A DNA stretch of 64,000 nt from Rhizobiaceae bacterium (GCA_963669455.1 OY770026.1:2832809-2896808), one strand, 5' to 3'; positions 49,510 to 59,236 are shown, counted from the first letter of the stretch. Numbers and translations are program-made. Notes: a model not told the origin generated them from the letters alone.

Positions 49510-49521
49510 ATTGTTGACAAT
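49510..49521. promoter_or_regulatory. possible GntR-type operator (ATTGT-TG-ACAAT)
   Basis: 5-2-5 inverted repeat fitting the loose T.GT..AC.A pattern. It sits in the divergent GntR/TAXI intergenic region, with further ACAAT/ATTG copies at 49525-49545. Confidence 0.3.
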
Positions 49522-49609
49522 CCTACAATAAGACAATACTGATTGCGTGCGAATTGATAATTTGCCACCTCGACACGTTCGCGGTGGAACGCTCGGTAAG
49601 GAGGAAGAA

Positions 49610-50587
49610 ATGGCAGCAGCAAACAAACTAAAAACGCTGTGTGCGGCAGGAATGTTGGGCGCACTAACGCTCAGCCCGGCAGGCGCACAGGACAAGAAAT
49701 TTGTCACTATTGGTACAGCCGGGGTGACGGGTCTGTACTACGTTGTCGGTAATTCAATCTGCAAACTCATGAATCGCGATAGCGACAAACATGGAATCAC
49801 CTGTACGGCTCAAGCGACCGGTGGCTCCATTGCAAACCTCAACGGCATTGCAGGAGGTGACATAAATTTCGGCACGGTCCAATCAGACTGGCAGTTTCAT
49901 GCGCTAAACGGTTCGAGCGCTTTTTCCGACAACGGACCAAACGAGAAACTGCGAGCTGTTTTCTCGGCACACGCCGACGTCGTAACCGTCGTCGCTCGTG
50001 CAGATACAGGCATAAACGAACTCGCCGACTTGAAGGGCAAAAAGGTCAATATCGGCAACCCGGGTTCGGGCTCGCGAGCAACTGCTGAGGTGCTGCTTGA
50101 TACGATCGGAATAAAGGTCGACGATCTTGCATTTGCCGGCGAACTGAAATCGGCCGAACAATCAGCGGCGCTTTGCGACAGAAAAGTCGACGCGATCATG
50201 TTCTCGGCTGGTCATCCTGTCGGCAATATCAAGGAGGCAACGGTTTCTTGCGACACCGTATTCCTGCAGGTAGCGGGCGGGAAGATTGACAAGCTCGTTG
50301 CTGATACACCCTACTACTCGAAGGCAACTATTCCCGCGGGCTTGTACAAGGGACAGTCTGACGAGGTCCAGTCATACGGGCCGCTGGCGACCCTGGTAAC
50401 GTCGACGGACACTGACGAAGAGGCTGTTTATCAGCTGGTCAAGGCTGTGTTTGACAATTTCAAACGCTTCAAAGCTCTGCGACCAACATTTGCCAACCTC
50501 AAAGAGGAAGACATGATTTCCAATGGTATGATTGCCCCACTGCATGAGGGTGCGGTTCGCTACTACAAGGAACGCGGCTGGATGTAA
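49610..50587 (+). CDS. TAXI family TRAP-transporter solute-binding protein (TIGR02122-like)
   Basis: Signal peptide, then IGTAGVTGLYYVVGNSICK...GGSIANLN......VQSD. Start at ATG 49610, 7 nt after AAGGAGGAAG. Confidence 0.85.
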   Translation: MAAANKLKTLCAAGMLGALTLSPAGAQDKKFVTIGTAGVTGLYYVVGNSICKLMNRDSDKHGITCTAQATGGSIANLNGIAGGDINFGTVQSDWQFHALNGSSAFSDNGPNEKLRAVFSAHADVVTVVARADTGINELADLKGKKVNIGNPGSGSRATAEVLLDTIGIKVDDLAFAGELKSAEQSAALCDRKVDAIMFSAGHPVGNIKEATVSCDTVFLQVAGGKIDKLVADTPYYSKATIPAGLYKGQSDEVQSYGPLATLVTSTDTDEEAVYQLVKAVFDNFKRFKALRPTFANLKEEDMISNGMIAPLHEGAVRYYKERGWM

Positions 50588-50611
50588 TCCACTCTGTGTG
50601 AGTGGATTTTC
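50587..50611 (+). terminator. intrinsic terminator after the TAXI gene
   Basis: ATCCACTC-tgtgt-GAGTGGAT followed by TTTTC. A second 9 bp stem, GGGGCCGTC/GACGGCCCC, follows at 50612-50641. Confidence 0.6.
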
Positions 50612-50698
50612 GGGGCCGTCTATCATCCTAATGACGGCCCCAAATAAATACCGATCTGATGCTTGTGACGAAAGTCGTCGCAATCAGCACATAGCAAA

Positions 50699-51643
50699 TT
50701 GAGCAACAACAAAATGACTGGCGATAGCCATACCACACATGACGCGATCGATGATCCACGCAATCGTGACATCATGATCTACGTCAATGGTGAGATCGTC
50801 CACCGCGATCAAGCCAAGATATCGGTGTACGATTCGGGTTTCATGCTTGGCGATGGCATGTGGGAGGGTTTGCGACTTTACAACGGCAAATGGGCCTTCT
50901 TCGACGAACACATGGATCGGTTTTTTGCTTCCTGTAAAACCGTTTCTCTAGAAATTGGACTGGATCGAGGCGGTGTCCTTGAAGCACTGAACCAAACCGC
51001 CAGCGCCAACAACATGACGGACGATGTTCATTGCCGTTTGATGCTGACGCGAGGAGTGAAAGCCAAGCCCTTCCAGCACCCTTCGCTATCGCGATCCGGA
51101 CCGACACTGGTCATCATCATGGAGCATTCCAAGCCCGTCGATATGCTGCATTCGCGAGGTATCCGACTGGCCACCGTGCCCCAGACCCGCGGCCTGCCGA
51201 TGACACAGGATGCCAAGCTCAACAGTCACTCCAAGCTCAACTGCATCATTGCCAGCCTGCAGGCAGAACAGGCCGGAGCTGATGAGGCGCTAATGCTTGA
51301 CCCCCATGGTTTTGTTAACACCACGAATGCTTGCAACTTTTTCATTGTACGCAAAGGCGAGGTCTGGACGTCAACCGGCGACTATTGCATGAACGGCATA
51401 ACACGCCAGAAGGTCATCAATCTCTGCCGGGACAATGAAATCCCTGTTTTTGAAAAGAATTTCACACTCTACGAGACGTACGGTGCAGATGAAGCGTTTC
51501 TAACGGGGACGTTTGGTGCGCAAACCCCGGTATCGGAGCTTGATGGCAAGCCTATAGGCGGTCGCGAGCGGCCAATCACCTCGAGGATCCAGTCGCACTA
51601 CAAAGCGCTTGTAGCCAACGAGACCGGTGCAGCTCATGGATGA
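50699..51643 (+). CDS. class IV (BCAT/D-amino acid) aminotransferase
   Basis: 314 aa, fold-type IV pattern: SVYDSGFMLGDGMWEGLR, catalytic-Lys context SHSKLN, GITRQKVI, EAFLTGT. Confidence 0.85.
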   Translation: MSNNKMTGDSHTTHDAIDDPRNRDIMIYVNGEIVHRDQAKISVYDSGFMLGDGMWEGLRLYNGKWAFFDEHMDRFFASCKTVSLEIGLDRGGVLEALNQTASANNMTDDVHCRLMLTRGVKAKPFQHPSLSRSGPTLVIIMEHSKPVDMLHSRGIRLATVPQTRGLPMTQDAKLNSHSKLNCIIASLQAEQAGADEALMLDPHGFVNTTNACNFFIVRKGEVWTSTGDYCMNGITRQKVINLCRDNEIPVFEKNFTLYETYGADEAFLTGTFGAQTPVSELDGKPIGGRERPITSRIQSHYKALVANETGAAHG

Positions 51644-52445
51644 CCCCAAGCCCCCTGAGATCGTGTTGGTCGGCTGCGGATTCATGGGCCAAGCTCTTTT
51701 GCGCGGATGGTTGGCGAATGGGATTGAGCCCGGCTCAATAACCATCCGTGAAACATCGCCAAGCGAGTGGTTAAGTTCTCAGACACACCTGCGGACAAAT
51801 GAACCAATAGTGGAATATCCAACGGCAGTCGTTTTTGCCGTCAAACCGCATTTGCTGAACGAGATTCTTCCAACCTATCGGATCCATGGCGGCGGGCCGA
51901 CAGTTTTCGTTTCCGTTGCTGCCGGATATCCAATTGGTGGATTTGAAAGAGCGCTTGGCAGTAACACGCCTATTGTGCGCGCGATGCCGAATCTTCCTGT
52001 TTCAGTAAGCACAGGCGTTACCGCACTGTTTGCCAATGGTGCTACGACATCAGGACAGCTGGCCATCGTTCAACGGTTGTTCGAGACGGTCGGAACAGTC
52101 GTGAGATTGAGCGACGAATCTGAGATGCATGCTGTAACCGCCCTGTCGGGTTCTGGCCCTGCCTACATTTTTGCATTGGTGGAAGCCATGTCGCGAGCAG
52201 GAATTGCGTATGGTCTCGCGCCTGACATTGCAGTGAAACTTGCACAGCAAACGGCAGCGGGTGCGGGTCAGATGTTGAAGCAACCGGGCTCATCGGCCAC
52301 CGAACTCCGGCAAGCCGTGAGTTCTCCGGGCGGCACCACGGCTGCAGGCCTGTCTGAGCTATTGGACGAAACCAATGGGATTAGTCCCCTTATCGCGCGC
52401 ACAATCGAAGCGGCGAGACGGCGAAGCGAAGAATTGTCCAGCTGA
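51636..52445 (+). CDS. proC: pyrroline-5-carboxylate reductase family protein
   Basis: Rossmann motif VLVGCGFMGQALL, AVKP, and C-terminal SPGGTTAAGL. The ATG overlaps the aminotransferase stop by 8 nt. Confidence 0.85.
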   Translation: MDDPKPPEIVLVGCGFMGQALLRGWLANGIEPGSITIRETSPSEWLSSQTHLRTNEPIVEYPTAVVFAVKPHLLNEILPTYRIHGGGPTVFVSVAAGYPIGGFERALGSNTPIVRAMPNLPVSVSTGVTALFANGATTSGQLAIVQRLFETVGTVVRLSDESEMHAVTALSGSGPAYIFALVEAMSRAGIAYGLAPDIAVKLAQQTAAGAGQMLKQPGSSATELRQAVSSPGGTTAAGLSELLDETNGISPLIARTIEAARRRSEELSS

Positions 52446-52527
52446 TTTGCTCATATTCGATCGACCTGGGAAGCAATCTGGCAAAAAAGGCCGGTCACTT
52501 AGTTTTTCCACCCTCAACCGAGAGCTA

Positions 52528-52631
52528 GAGCGTTTTGCGGTTCCTTTGAACCGCAACAACGCCTGTATCCGCTTGGAACTATTGAAGCATTATTCGCACA
52601 TATGATTCCGGTTAAAATCAAAACGTTCCAA
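52528..52631 (+). repeat. about 104 bp structured repeat, copy C
   Basis: The sequence is TA|GAGCGTTTTGCGGTTCctttGAACCGCaacaacgcctgtatccgcttggaactattgaagcattattcgcacatatgattccggttaaaatCAAAACGTTCC. Left hairpin is GCGGTTC/GAACCGC. The right terminus reverse-complemented, GGAACGTTTTG, resembles the left terminus. Confidence 0.55.
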
Positions 52632-52742
52632 ATTGAGGGGGTGGTCAATTCCTCATTGAATATCAGCTTGGGATGCCATTTCGCACGCATCCATATCAAA
52701 TCCGACAACATCCGCCTGGTTCATGGAACAGTAAATTTTGGC

Positions 52743-52774
52743 AAAAAGGACCGGCGGAATTCGTACTCCGCCAG
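52743..52774 (-). terminator. probable intrinsic terminator of ndk
   Basis: Minus-strand GGCGGAG-tacgaa-TTCCGCC followed by GGTCCTTTTTGCC, 16 nt after the ndk stop. Confidence 0.45.
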
Positions 52775-52789
52775 CCCTCAAATGACCTA

Positions 52790-53212
52790 TTACCCAACGA
52801 CTTCGGTGTCGGAGAACCAGTAGCGTATTTCCTCCGCTGCGGTTTCTGGCGCATCGGAGCCGTGGACTGAATTTTCGCCAATCGACTGGGCAAAGGTTTT
52901 GCGGATCGTGCCATCGGCGGCATCTGCCGGATTGGTAGCGCCCATGACTTCGCGGTTTTTTGCAATGGCGTTTTCGCCTTCCAGAACCTGAACGACGGTC
53001 GGGCCCGACGACATGAATTCGCATAGCTCACCAAAGAAAGGACGCTCCTTGTGGACGGCATAAAACCCTTCCGCCTCACGCTGGCTCATCCACACACGGC
53101 GTGATGCGACGATGCGCAGGCCCGCATCCTCCAGCATCTTGGTAATGGCGCCGGTGAGATTGCGCTTGGTGGCGTCTGGTTTGATCATCGAAAATGTGCG
53201 CTCAATGGCCAT
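52790..53212 (-). CDS. ndk: nucleoside-diphosphate kinase
   Basis: [14 protein letters not shown]...NSVHGSD active-site His context, 140 aa. Confidence 0.95.
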   Translation of the reverse strand: MAIERTFSMIKPDATKRNLTGAITKMLEDAGLRIVASRRVWMSQREAEGFYAVHKERPFFGELCEFMSSGPTVVQVLEGENAIAKNREVMGATNPADAADGTIRKTFAQSIGENSVHGSDAPETAAEEIRYWFSDTEVVG

Positions 53213-53413
53213 CGGAAGTCCTTTGTTTTCTGGAAAATTTCAAATTTTGCGGCTTAATAGCCGGGCCTGACCTGGATGTGAAGTGCCGCGCTGAATTTCG
53301 TTGTGCCGCGCGGGCCTCTCCGGCAAGCTAGTACGATTTGATGACCACTGGCGGCTTGCCAGTTGCAATGATAGGCTCGCTCTCAGCAACAATGGTTGAT
53401 CCAGGAAAATGGC

Positions 53414-53926
53414 ATGAAGAAGCACTTCATGATGATGGCAGCCTACAATAAATGGGCCAATCAAACGCTCTATGATGGCGCAGGCGTGCTGACCGACGAA
53501 GAATTCGTGCGCGATACCGGCGCGTTTTTCGCCTCGATGGAAGGGACGCTGAACCATATTTTGATCGCGGACCTGCTCTGGCTGCACCGGTTTACCGGGA
53601 CAGGCGAACTGCCCGACAGTCTTGAAGCCGTTCTTTATGACGATTTCGACGAATTGCGCGATGCACGCGAGGGGCTTGATGAGCGCATCATCGAATGGGT
53701 CGGCGGCCTGTCGGATGCAGATCTGATGGGACGTTTTACCTATGTGACCGCAACCGATTTGAAGACGGTGTCGCAGCGCCTCGCGCCAGCGATGGCAAAT
53801 TTGTTCAACCATCAGACACATCATCGCGGCCAGGCGCATATGATCCTGTCGGTGCTGGGCGAAACCCCGCCATCGCTCGACCTAATCTATTTTCAACGGA
53901 CGCCCGGCGGCCACGAATTCGCTTGA
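53414..53926 (+). CDS. DinB family (four-helix bundle) protein
   Basis: YNKWANQ...L.HIL.AD..W......NHQTHHRGQ is the His triad typical of DinB/YfiT-like proteins. Confidence 0.75.
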   Translation: MKKHFMMMAAYNKWANQTLYDGAGVLTDEEFVRDTGAFFASMEGTLNHILIADLLWLHRFTGTGELPDSLEAVLYDDFDELRDAREGLDERIIEWVGGLSDADLMGRFTYVTATDLKTVSQRLAPAMANLFNHQTHHRGQAHMILSVLGETPPSLDLIYFQRTPGGHEFA

Positions 53927-53942
53927 GGCGGCAAAGCAGGCT

Positions 53943-56900
53943 TCAGCCGGCGGCGGCAAGCAGGCTGGCATTGCCGCCCGCCGCCGTGGTGTCGACACAG
54001 ATTGCACGCTCGTGAACATAGGCCGTGGCATCAAGCGGATCGTAAATCAGCTGGATAATCGCTCCAGCACGGTGCGCAAGCGCTTTGCGGACAATGCGCG
54101 CTGCACTCTCGCGCCCGCCATAAGCAACCGCATCCACAGCCAGATCATCTGAAACTGCCAGATCGGGCGGGCCGTCGACGATGATGAGCGGCAGGCTTTC
54201 TGCCCCCGCCAATGCCGACAGGGTCTTTGACGCCCCCTCGCCTGCGGCAATGACCGAATTGCCGGCGGCAAGTGCCAGCACCACCTGATCGCACAGCATG
54301 TCTTCATCCGGCCCGAGACAAAGCACATTGCCGCGGGGAAAAAGCGCCATCGAATTGGCCTCACCCGTCGGGCCCGGCAGATCGACGGGGCCGAAATCAA
54401 GCATTGCTACAGCTCTCATGGCGTTTGCGGCACGGCCCCTCAACATCTTGCGCAAAAACGCAATCCTATCGCTCCGGACGGCCCATTCGGCCGCGTCCAA
54501 AAAACGCTTCGGCAGAGCGATCCTGTCCTGCCTCTGTCGGGGACTGTCATCTGCGGTTTTGACGACTGTCTTTCTGAACCGTTGTAAATAATGCGGCCCG
54601 CCCGCCTTCGGCCCCGTGCCTGAAAGGCCCTCGCCACCAAAGGGCTGCGAGCCGACCACGGCGCCGATCTGGTTGCGATTTACATAGATGTTTCCGGCGC
54701 GCACCTTGTCGACGATGCGCTGCACCCGGCTTTCGATGCGGGTGTGCAGGCCGAATGTCAGACCGTAGCCGCTGGCGTTGATCTCACCGATAACCCGGTC
54801 AATCTCGCCAGCCTCAAACGTCGCGACATGCAGGACCGGCCCGAAAATCTCCTGTTCCATCTCGGCAATGCCGCCCACTTTCAAAATATGCGGCGCGATG
54901 AAGCGGCCGTGATGCGGCGCGTCCAGCTTGGCGATCAAACGGCGCTGGCGTTCAGCCCTGGCGCAATAGGCTGTAATGGCGCTTTGCGCCTCCTCGTCGA
55001 TCACCGGCCCGACATCGGTCGATAGCAGCCACGGATCGCCAACGGACAGCTGGTCCATCGCACCGGTCAGCATTTTGAGAATTTTCGGTGCAACGTCCTT
55101 TTGCAGGTACAGTATGCGCAGCGCGGAACAGCGCTGGCCGGCGCTTTGGAAGGCAGAGGCGATAATGTCACGCACCGCCTGTTCTGGAAGCGCGGTCGAA
55201 TCGACAATCATAGCGTTCAACCCGCCGGTCTCGGCGATCAGCATGGCATCGGGTGCGGCGGTCGCAGCCAGCTGTTTTTCGATTTTTCCCGCGACTTGCG
55301 TCGACCCGGTAAAGCAGACACCGGCGATGCGGGGGTCGGCGACAAGCTCCGCGCCTATCACCGATCCTTCGCCGGGCAGCAACTGGATGACACCGTCGGG
55401 TATGCCGGCTTCCAGCATCAATTCGACTGCTCTTGCGGCAATCAGCGGCGTCTGTTCGGCTGGTTTGGCAATAACGCTATTGCCGGTCACCAGTGCGGCA
55501 GCAATCTGGCCGGTGAAGATTGCCAGCGGAAAGTTCCATGGCGAGATACAGATGATAACGCCGCGGGGCTGACTGGCGCGTTCAGCCAGTGGTGCCTCGG
55601 CCGCATAATAACGCAGAAAATCGACCGCCTCACGCACTTCCGCAGCACAATCGGCCATGGTTTTGCCCGCCTCGCGCGCAGCAAGTGCAAAGAATTCCGC
55701 CGCATGGGTTTCGTAAAGATCAGCGATCCGGTTTAAAATGGCCGAACGGTCTTCCACCGGCCGCGCCGCCCAGTCCGGATTGGCCTTCATCGCCCGCCTG
55801 ATTGTTGGATAAACCTGCATTTGGCCCGCTTCTTTAACCTCGCCCACCAATTCACCCGGATTGGCCGGATTGCCGATCCGCTTTAGATTGCCAGCTCCTT
55901 TTTTGCCGGTAACGCCGGCACGCCAGCGATAGGGCGCAGCAAATGGCGCCCTGACGTCATTGATAGCCGCCTGGGTATTGCGATTGGAAATATCCCAGCC
56001 ACGGGCATTCACGCGTGCCGGTGCAAACATATCGCCTGACCTGACAATCAACGGATTGGCAGCGACGTCGTTGGCCTCAGCGATTGCCGCCGGATCGCGG
56101 GCAATCTCCCGGGCGCTGACGGTCTCATCGATGATTTGATGTACGAACGAGGAATTGGCGCCGTTTTCCAGCAGGCGGCGAACCAGATAGGCCAGAAGGT
56201 CTTCATGCGCACCGACCGGCGCATAGATGCGGCAGCGTGTGCCTTGCTCATGCCGCACCGCCTCGTGCAGGGCGTCACCCATGCCGTGCAGGCGCTGGAA
56301 TTCGAAACTTTTTCGATCCTCCGCCATTTCAAGGATGGCGGCAACCGAGTGGGCGTTATGGGTGGCAAATTGCGGATAGATGCGGCCGGTCAGGCCCAGC
56401 AATTTGCGCGCGCAGGCGACGTAGGAAACATCGGTGTTGCATTTGCGGGTGAAGACCGGAAAGCCTTCAAGACCAAGAACCTGCGCGCGTTTGATCTCGC
56501 TGTCCCAATAGGCCCCTTTCACCAGCCTCACCATCACCTTACGGTCGAGCTGGGTGGCCAGTTCATGCAACCAGTCGATGACGAAGGGCGCTCGCGGACC
56601 ATAGGCCTGGATAACAACGCCAAACCCATCCCAGCCGGCAAGCGACGGATCGGCAAGCACAGCCTCGATCACATCAAGCGACAAATCGAGCCGGTCTGCC
56701 TCTTCCGCATCGATATTAAGCCCCATGCCCGTATCGCGCGCTTGTTGGCAAAGATCCAGCAGCCGGGCGGCAAGTTCCGGCAGTGCGATGTCCCGTTTCA
56801 GTTCTTCATATCTTGGATGCAGCGCCGACAATTTGACCGATATGCCGGGATTGACCCGGATATCATCGCTCAATGACTGAGGTTTGAGGGCATTGATCGC

Positions 56901-57569
56901 CTGCCGGTAGGCTTTGAAATAGCGTTCAGCATCGGCACTGGTGCATGCGGCCTCGCCAAGCATGTCGTAGGAATAAAGATAGTTTTTCTCGGCCATCGGT
57001 TTGCCACGTGCGACAGCCTCCTTAATGGTGCGGCCGAGCACGAACTGGTCGCCCATCTCGCGCATAGCGGCAACAACGGCCTTGCGGATGACCGGCTCTC
57101 CAAGCCGGCGGATCATGCCAAACAATGTGGCCTCGACCGGTCCGTCGCCATCCTCCAGCACCCGTCCCGTCAGCACCAGCGCCCAGGTGGAGGCATTAAC
57201 GAACATCGACGCAGAACCGCCGGAATGAGATGACCAGTCATGGGGCACGATCTTGTCGGCAATCAGTTCGTCGATCGTGCCGGCATCTGGAACCCGCAGC
57301 AGCGCTTCCGCCAGACACATCAGTGCAACACCCTCCGCCGTCGAGAGGCCATATTCGGCCAGAAAGGCCTCCATCAGCTTGGGCTCGGAGGAATTGCGCA
57401 CCGCCTCGATCAGGCCAGCACCATTATTTGATATTTTCTGCCGCGCTTTATCGTCCAGCGCGACCTCGCGCAAAAGCCTGTCGATGGCGGCTTGTTCGTC
57501 GACGATCATATTGTCGCGAATTGTCTGGCGACGCTGTTCAAGTGCCTCAGCTGGCATGGCTAACCTCAT
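53943..57569 (-). CDS. putA: bifunctional proline dehydrogenase / L-glutamate gamma-semialdehyde dehydrogenase
   Basis: 1208 aa with a PRODH TIM barrel, an aldehyde dehydrogenase domain (catalytic context SAFQSAGQRCSAL) and a C-terminal domain. Confidence 0.95.
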   Translation of the reverse strand: MRLAMPAEALEQRRQTIRDNMIVDEQAAIDRLLREVALDDKARQKISNNGAGLIEAVRNSSEPKLMEAFLAEYGLSTAEGVALMCLAEALLRVPDAGTIDELIADKIVPHDWSSHSGGSASMFVNASTWALVLTGRVLEDGDGPVEATLFGMIRRLGEPVIRKAVVAAMREMGDQFVLGRTIKEAVARGKPMAEKNYLYSYDMLGEAACTSADAERYFKAYRQAINALKPQSLSDDIRVNPGISVKLSALHPRYEELKRDIALPELAARLLDLCQQARDTGMGLNIDAEEADRLDLSLDVIEAVLADPSLAGWDGFGVVIQAYGPRAPFVIDWLHELATQLDRKVMVRLVKGAYWDSEIKRAQVLGLEGFPVFTRKCNTDVSYVACARKLLGLTGRIYPQFATHNAHSVAAILEMAEDRKSFEFQRLHGMGDALHEAVRHEQGTRCRIYAPVGAHEDLLAYLVRRLLENGANSSFVHQIIDETVSAREIARDPAAIAEANDVAANPLIVRSGDMFAPARVNARGWDISNRNTQAAINDVRAPFAAPYRWRAGVTGKKGAGNLKRIGNPANPGELVGEVKEAGQMQVYPTIRRAMKANPDWAARPVEDRSAILNRIADLYETHAAEFFALAAREAGKTMADCAAEVREAVDFLRYYAAEAPLAERASQPRGVIICISPWNFPLAIFTGQIAAALVTGNSVIAKPAEQTPLIAARAVELMLEAGIPDGVIQLLPGEGSVIGAELVADPRIAGVCFTGSTQVAGKIEKQLAATAAPDAMLIAETGGLNAMIVDSTALPEQAVRDIIASAFQSAGQRCSALRILYLQKDVAPKILKMLTGAMDQLSVGDPWLLSTDVGPVIDEEAQSAITAYCARAERQRRLIAKLDAPHHGRFIAPHILKVGGIAEMEQEIFGPVLHVATFEAGEIDRVIGEINASGYGLTFGLHTRIESRVQRIVDKVRAGNIYVNRNQIGAVVGSQPFGGEGLSGTGPKAGGPHYLQRFRKTVVKTADDSPRQRQDRIALPKRFLDAAEWAVRSDRIAFLRKMLRGRAANAMRAVAMLDFGPVDLPGPTGEANSMALFPRGNVLCLGPDEDMLCDQVVLALAAGNSVIAAGEGASKTLSALAGAESLPLIIVDGPPDLAVSDDLAVDAVAYGGRESAARIVRKALAHRAGAIIQLIYDPLDATAYVHERAICVDTTAAGGNASLLAAAG

Positions 57570-57688
57570 GAAACCGTTGATTGGCGTATGTTAGCAAAAT
57601 TTCAAATCCTTTTTGGTCTTTGATTCGAAAAATGTTAGTGTTATTGCTCCAACTTACTGCCTGAATTATACAAACATCGATTGATATC

Positions 57689-58144
57689 TTGCCAGATTCA
57701 GACCATTTGGACCAAACAGATCGTAAAATCCTGGCCGCTCTCGCCGCCGACGGACGCCAGTCGATGGCCGGGCTTGCGGAAAAGGTCAACCTGTCGAAAA
57801 CACCTGTTCAGGCGCGGGTAAGGCGTCTGGAAAGGGATGGCTATATCCGAGGTTATTCGGCGACCATCGACCGTGAGCGCATGGGCGAGGGTCATATCGC
57901 TTTTGTGCAAGTCACCCTGTCGGATACGGTATCATCGGCATTGGACGCATTCAACAGGGCTATTTTGACTATCCATGAAATTGAGCAATGTCACATGATT
58001 GCAGGTAGTTTCGACTATTTGCTGAAAGTTCGCACGAGGGATATTGCCGCCTACCGGCGCGTTTTGGGCGAGCGTATTTCCGCCCTGCCCCATGTCTCCC
58101 AGACCTCAACATTTGTGGCGATGGAAACGATCAAGGATCACTGA
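57689..58144 (+). CDS. putR: Lrp/AsnC family transcriptional regulator, divergent from putA
   Basis: LDQTDRKILAALAADGRQSMAGLAEKVNLSKTPVQARVRRLERDGYI plus an RAM domain. Divergent arrangement with putA across an AT-rich 119 bp spacer. TTG start. Confidence 0.8.
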   Translation: MPDSDHLDQTDRKILAALAADGRQSMAGLAEKVNLSKTPVQARVRRLERDGYIRGYSATIDRERMGEGHIAFVQVTLSDTVSSALDAFNRAILTIHEIEQCHMIAGSFDYLLKVRTRDIAAYRRVLGERISALPHVSQTSTFVAMETIKDH

Positions 58145-58224
58145 CCTGCCAGGTTTCATGAACGGCAGCGAAAAGAGCTCGTGGAGTGTGTCTTGTATTG
58201 GAGGGCTCTTTTGAACAATATACT

Positions 58225-58987
58225 CTACCTTCGCGACCCCTCGACCCGCCTCACAAATACCCCGGCGGCAAGGCCGGTAAAAGCGCAGGCAAACATCACC
58301 GCCAGCAGGAAGAGCGCACCATTTTGAGCGTTGATGTTGGAGGCTGTTATGGCAGTCACCGCCGCGCCGGAAGCGATGGCCAGAGCACCGGCAAGGCCGG
58401 CGGCACCGCCAGCCAGTTTCGGGCGAACCGACATTGTGCCAGCGCTTGAGCCCGGTATCGTCAGCCCGTTGCCGAAGCCGGCAAAGACCGTCGCGCCGAA
58501 CACCGTCCACACATTGATCAGGCCGGCCAGAACAAGCCCCATCCCGATGGCCAGGCTGATGCACGCGATAACCCTGCCGGCGATGATCATGGTTGTCAGC
58601 TTGAAATGGCTGGAATAGCGCCCGGCGAGAAACGAGCCAACCGGAAATGATAACGCTCTGCCCGGTTCGAAACAGCAAAAACCATTCCAGCTTCGTTGCG
58701 ATGACAGAGCCGATGGAGGCGGCCAGATAGATTGCGAGTGCGGCAAGGATTACCGGCCGCCTGCCAAACCGGTCGGAAAGCGGGCCAGCGATCAGCTGCA
58801 TCAATGTGGTGACGAGCAGATAGCCGCCAATGGCAAGGCTGATCGTTTGATAATCCGTGGCAAACGAGACCGCCATCGCCGGCAGCGACGGCAGAAACAT
58901 GTTGAGCGACAGCACCGAGAGCGCTGTCAGCAAGATCAGCGTGGACAAGCGCGGTGGTGTTTGGGGTGTGGACATCAGTATTCTCAT
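58225..58987 (-). pseudogene. MFS transporter (Bcr/CflA-like) remnant with internal deletion and frameshift
   Basis: Frame 1 carries TM1-4 with motif A, GPLSDRFGRRPV. Frame 2 carries C-terminal helices (FAGFGNGLTIPGSSAG...). The two frames meet near 58655-58670. The whole span is 763 nt (at most 254 aa), against about 400 aa for intact family members. Confidence 0.7.
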
Positions 58988-59005
58988 GCAAATTCAGGTT
59001 CGGGC

Positions 59006-59031
59006 AATAAAAAACCCCGGACAGGCCGGGG
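59006..59031 (-). terminator. orphan intrinsic terminator (minus strand) just upstream of the MFS remnant
   Basis: Minus-strand CCCCGG-ccugu-CCGGGG followed by UUUUUUAUU. No annotated minus-strand gene ends here. Confidence 0.6.
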
Positions 59032-59236
59032 TGCGCGCGTGATGATCCGATTTAGGTCATAAACCCAATCGCCAGACCACGCGCCAGCTCACCATCACCC
59101 TGTCAGAATTCACAAACATCCCGGCTCCATCACCATTTCCGAACGGCAGGCTAGGTTGAGGCCGTGGTAAGGTCAAGCAACGCGAATGCATTTCTCCTTG
59201 CATCGCCCGCCTGCATCGGCCACAAGCCCAACCGCC

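Noticed and set aside
59040-59130. A fluoride (crcB-motif) riboswitch, suggested by the GGUGAUGG resemblance to GGCGAUGG
   Set aside because: The rest of the consensus I remember (the CUAAUGA..CCUAC pseudoknot partner and the short P1/P3 layout) is absent, and the motif occurs twice as a direct repeat instead.
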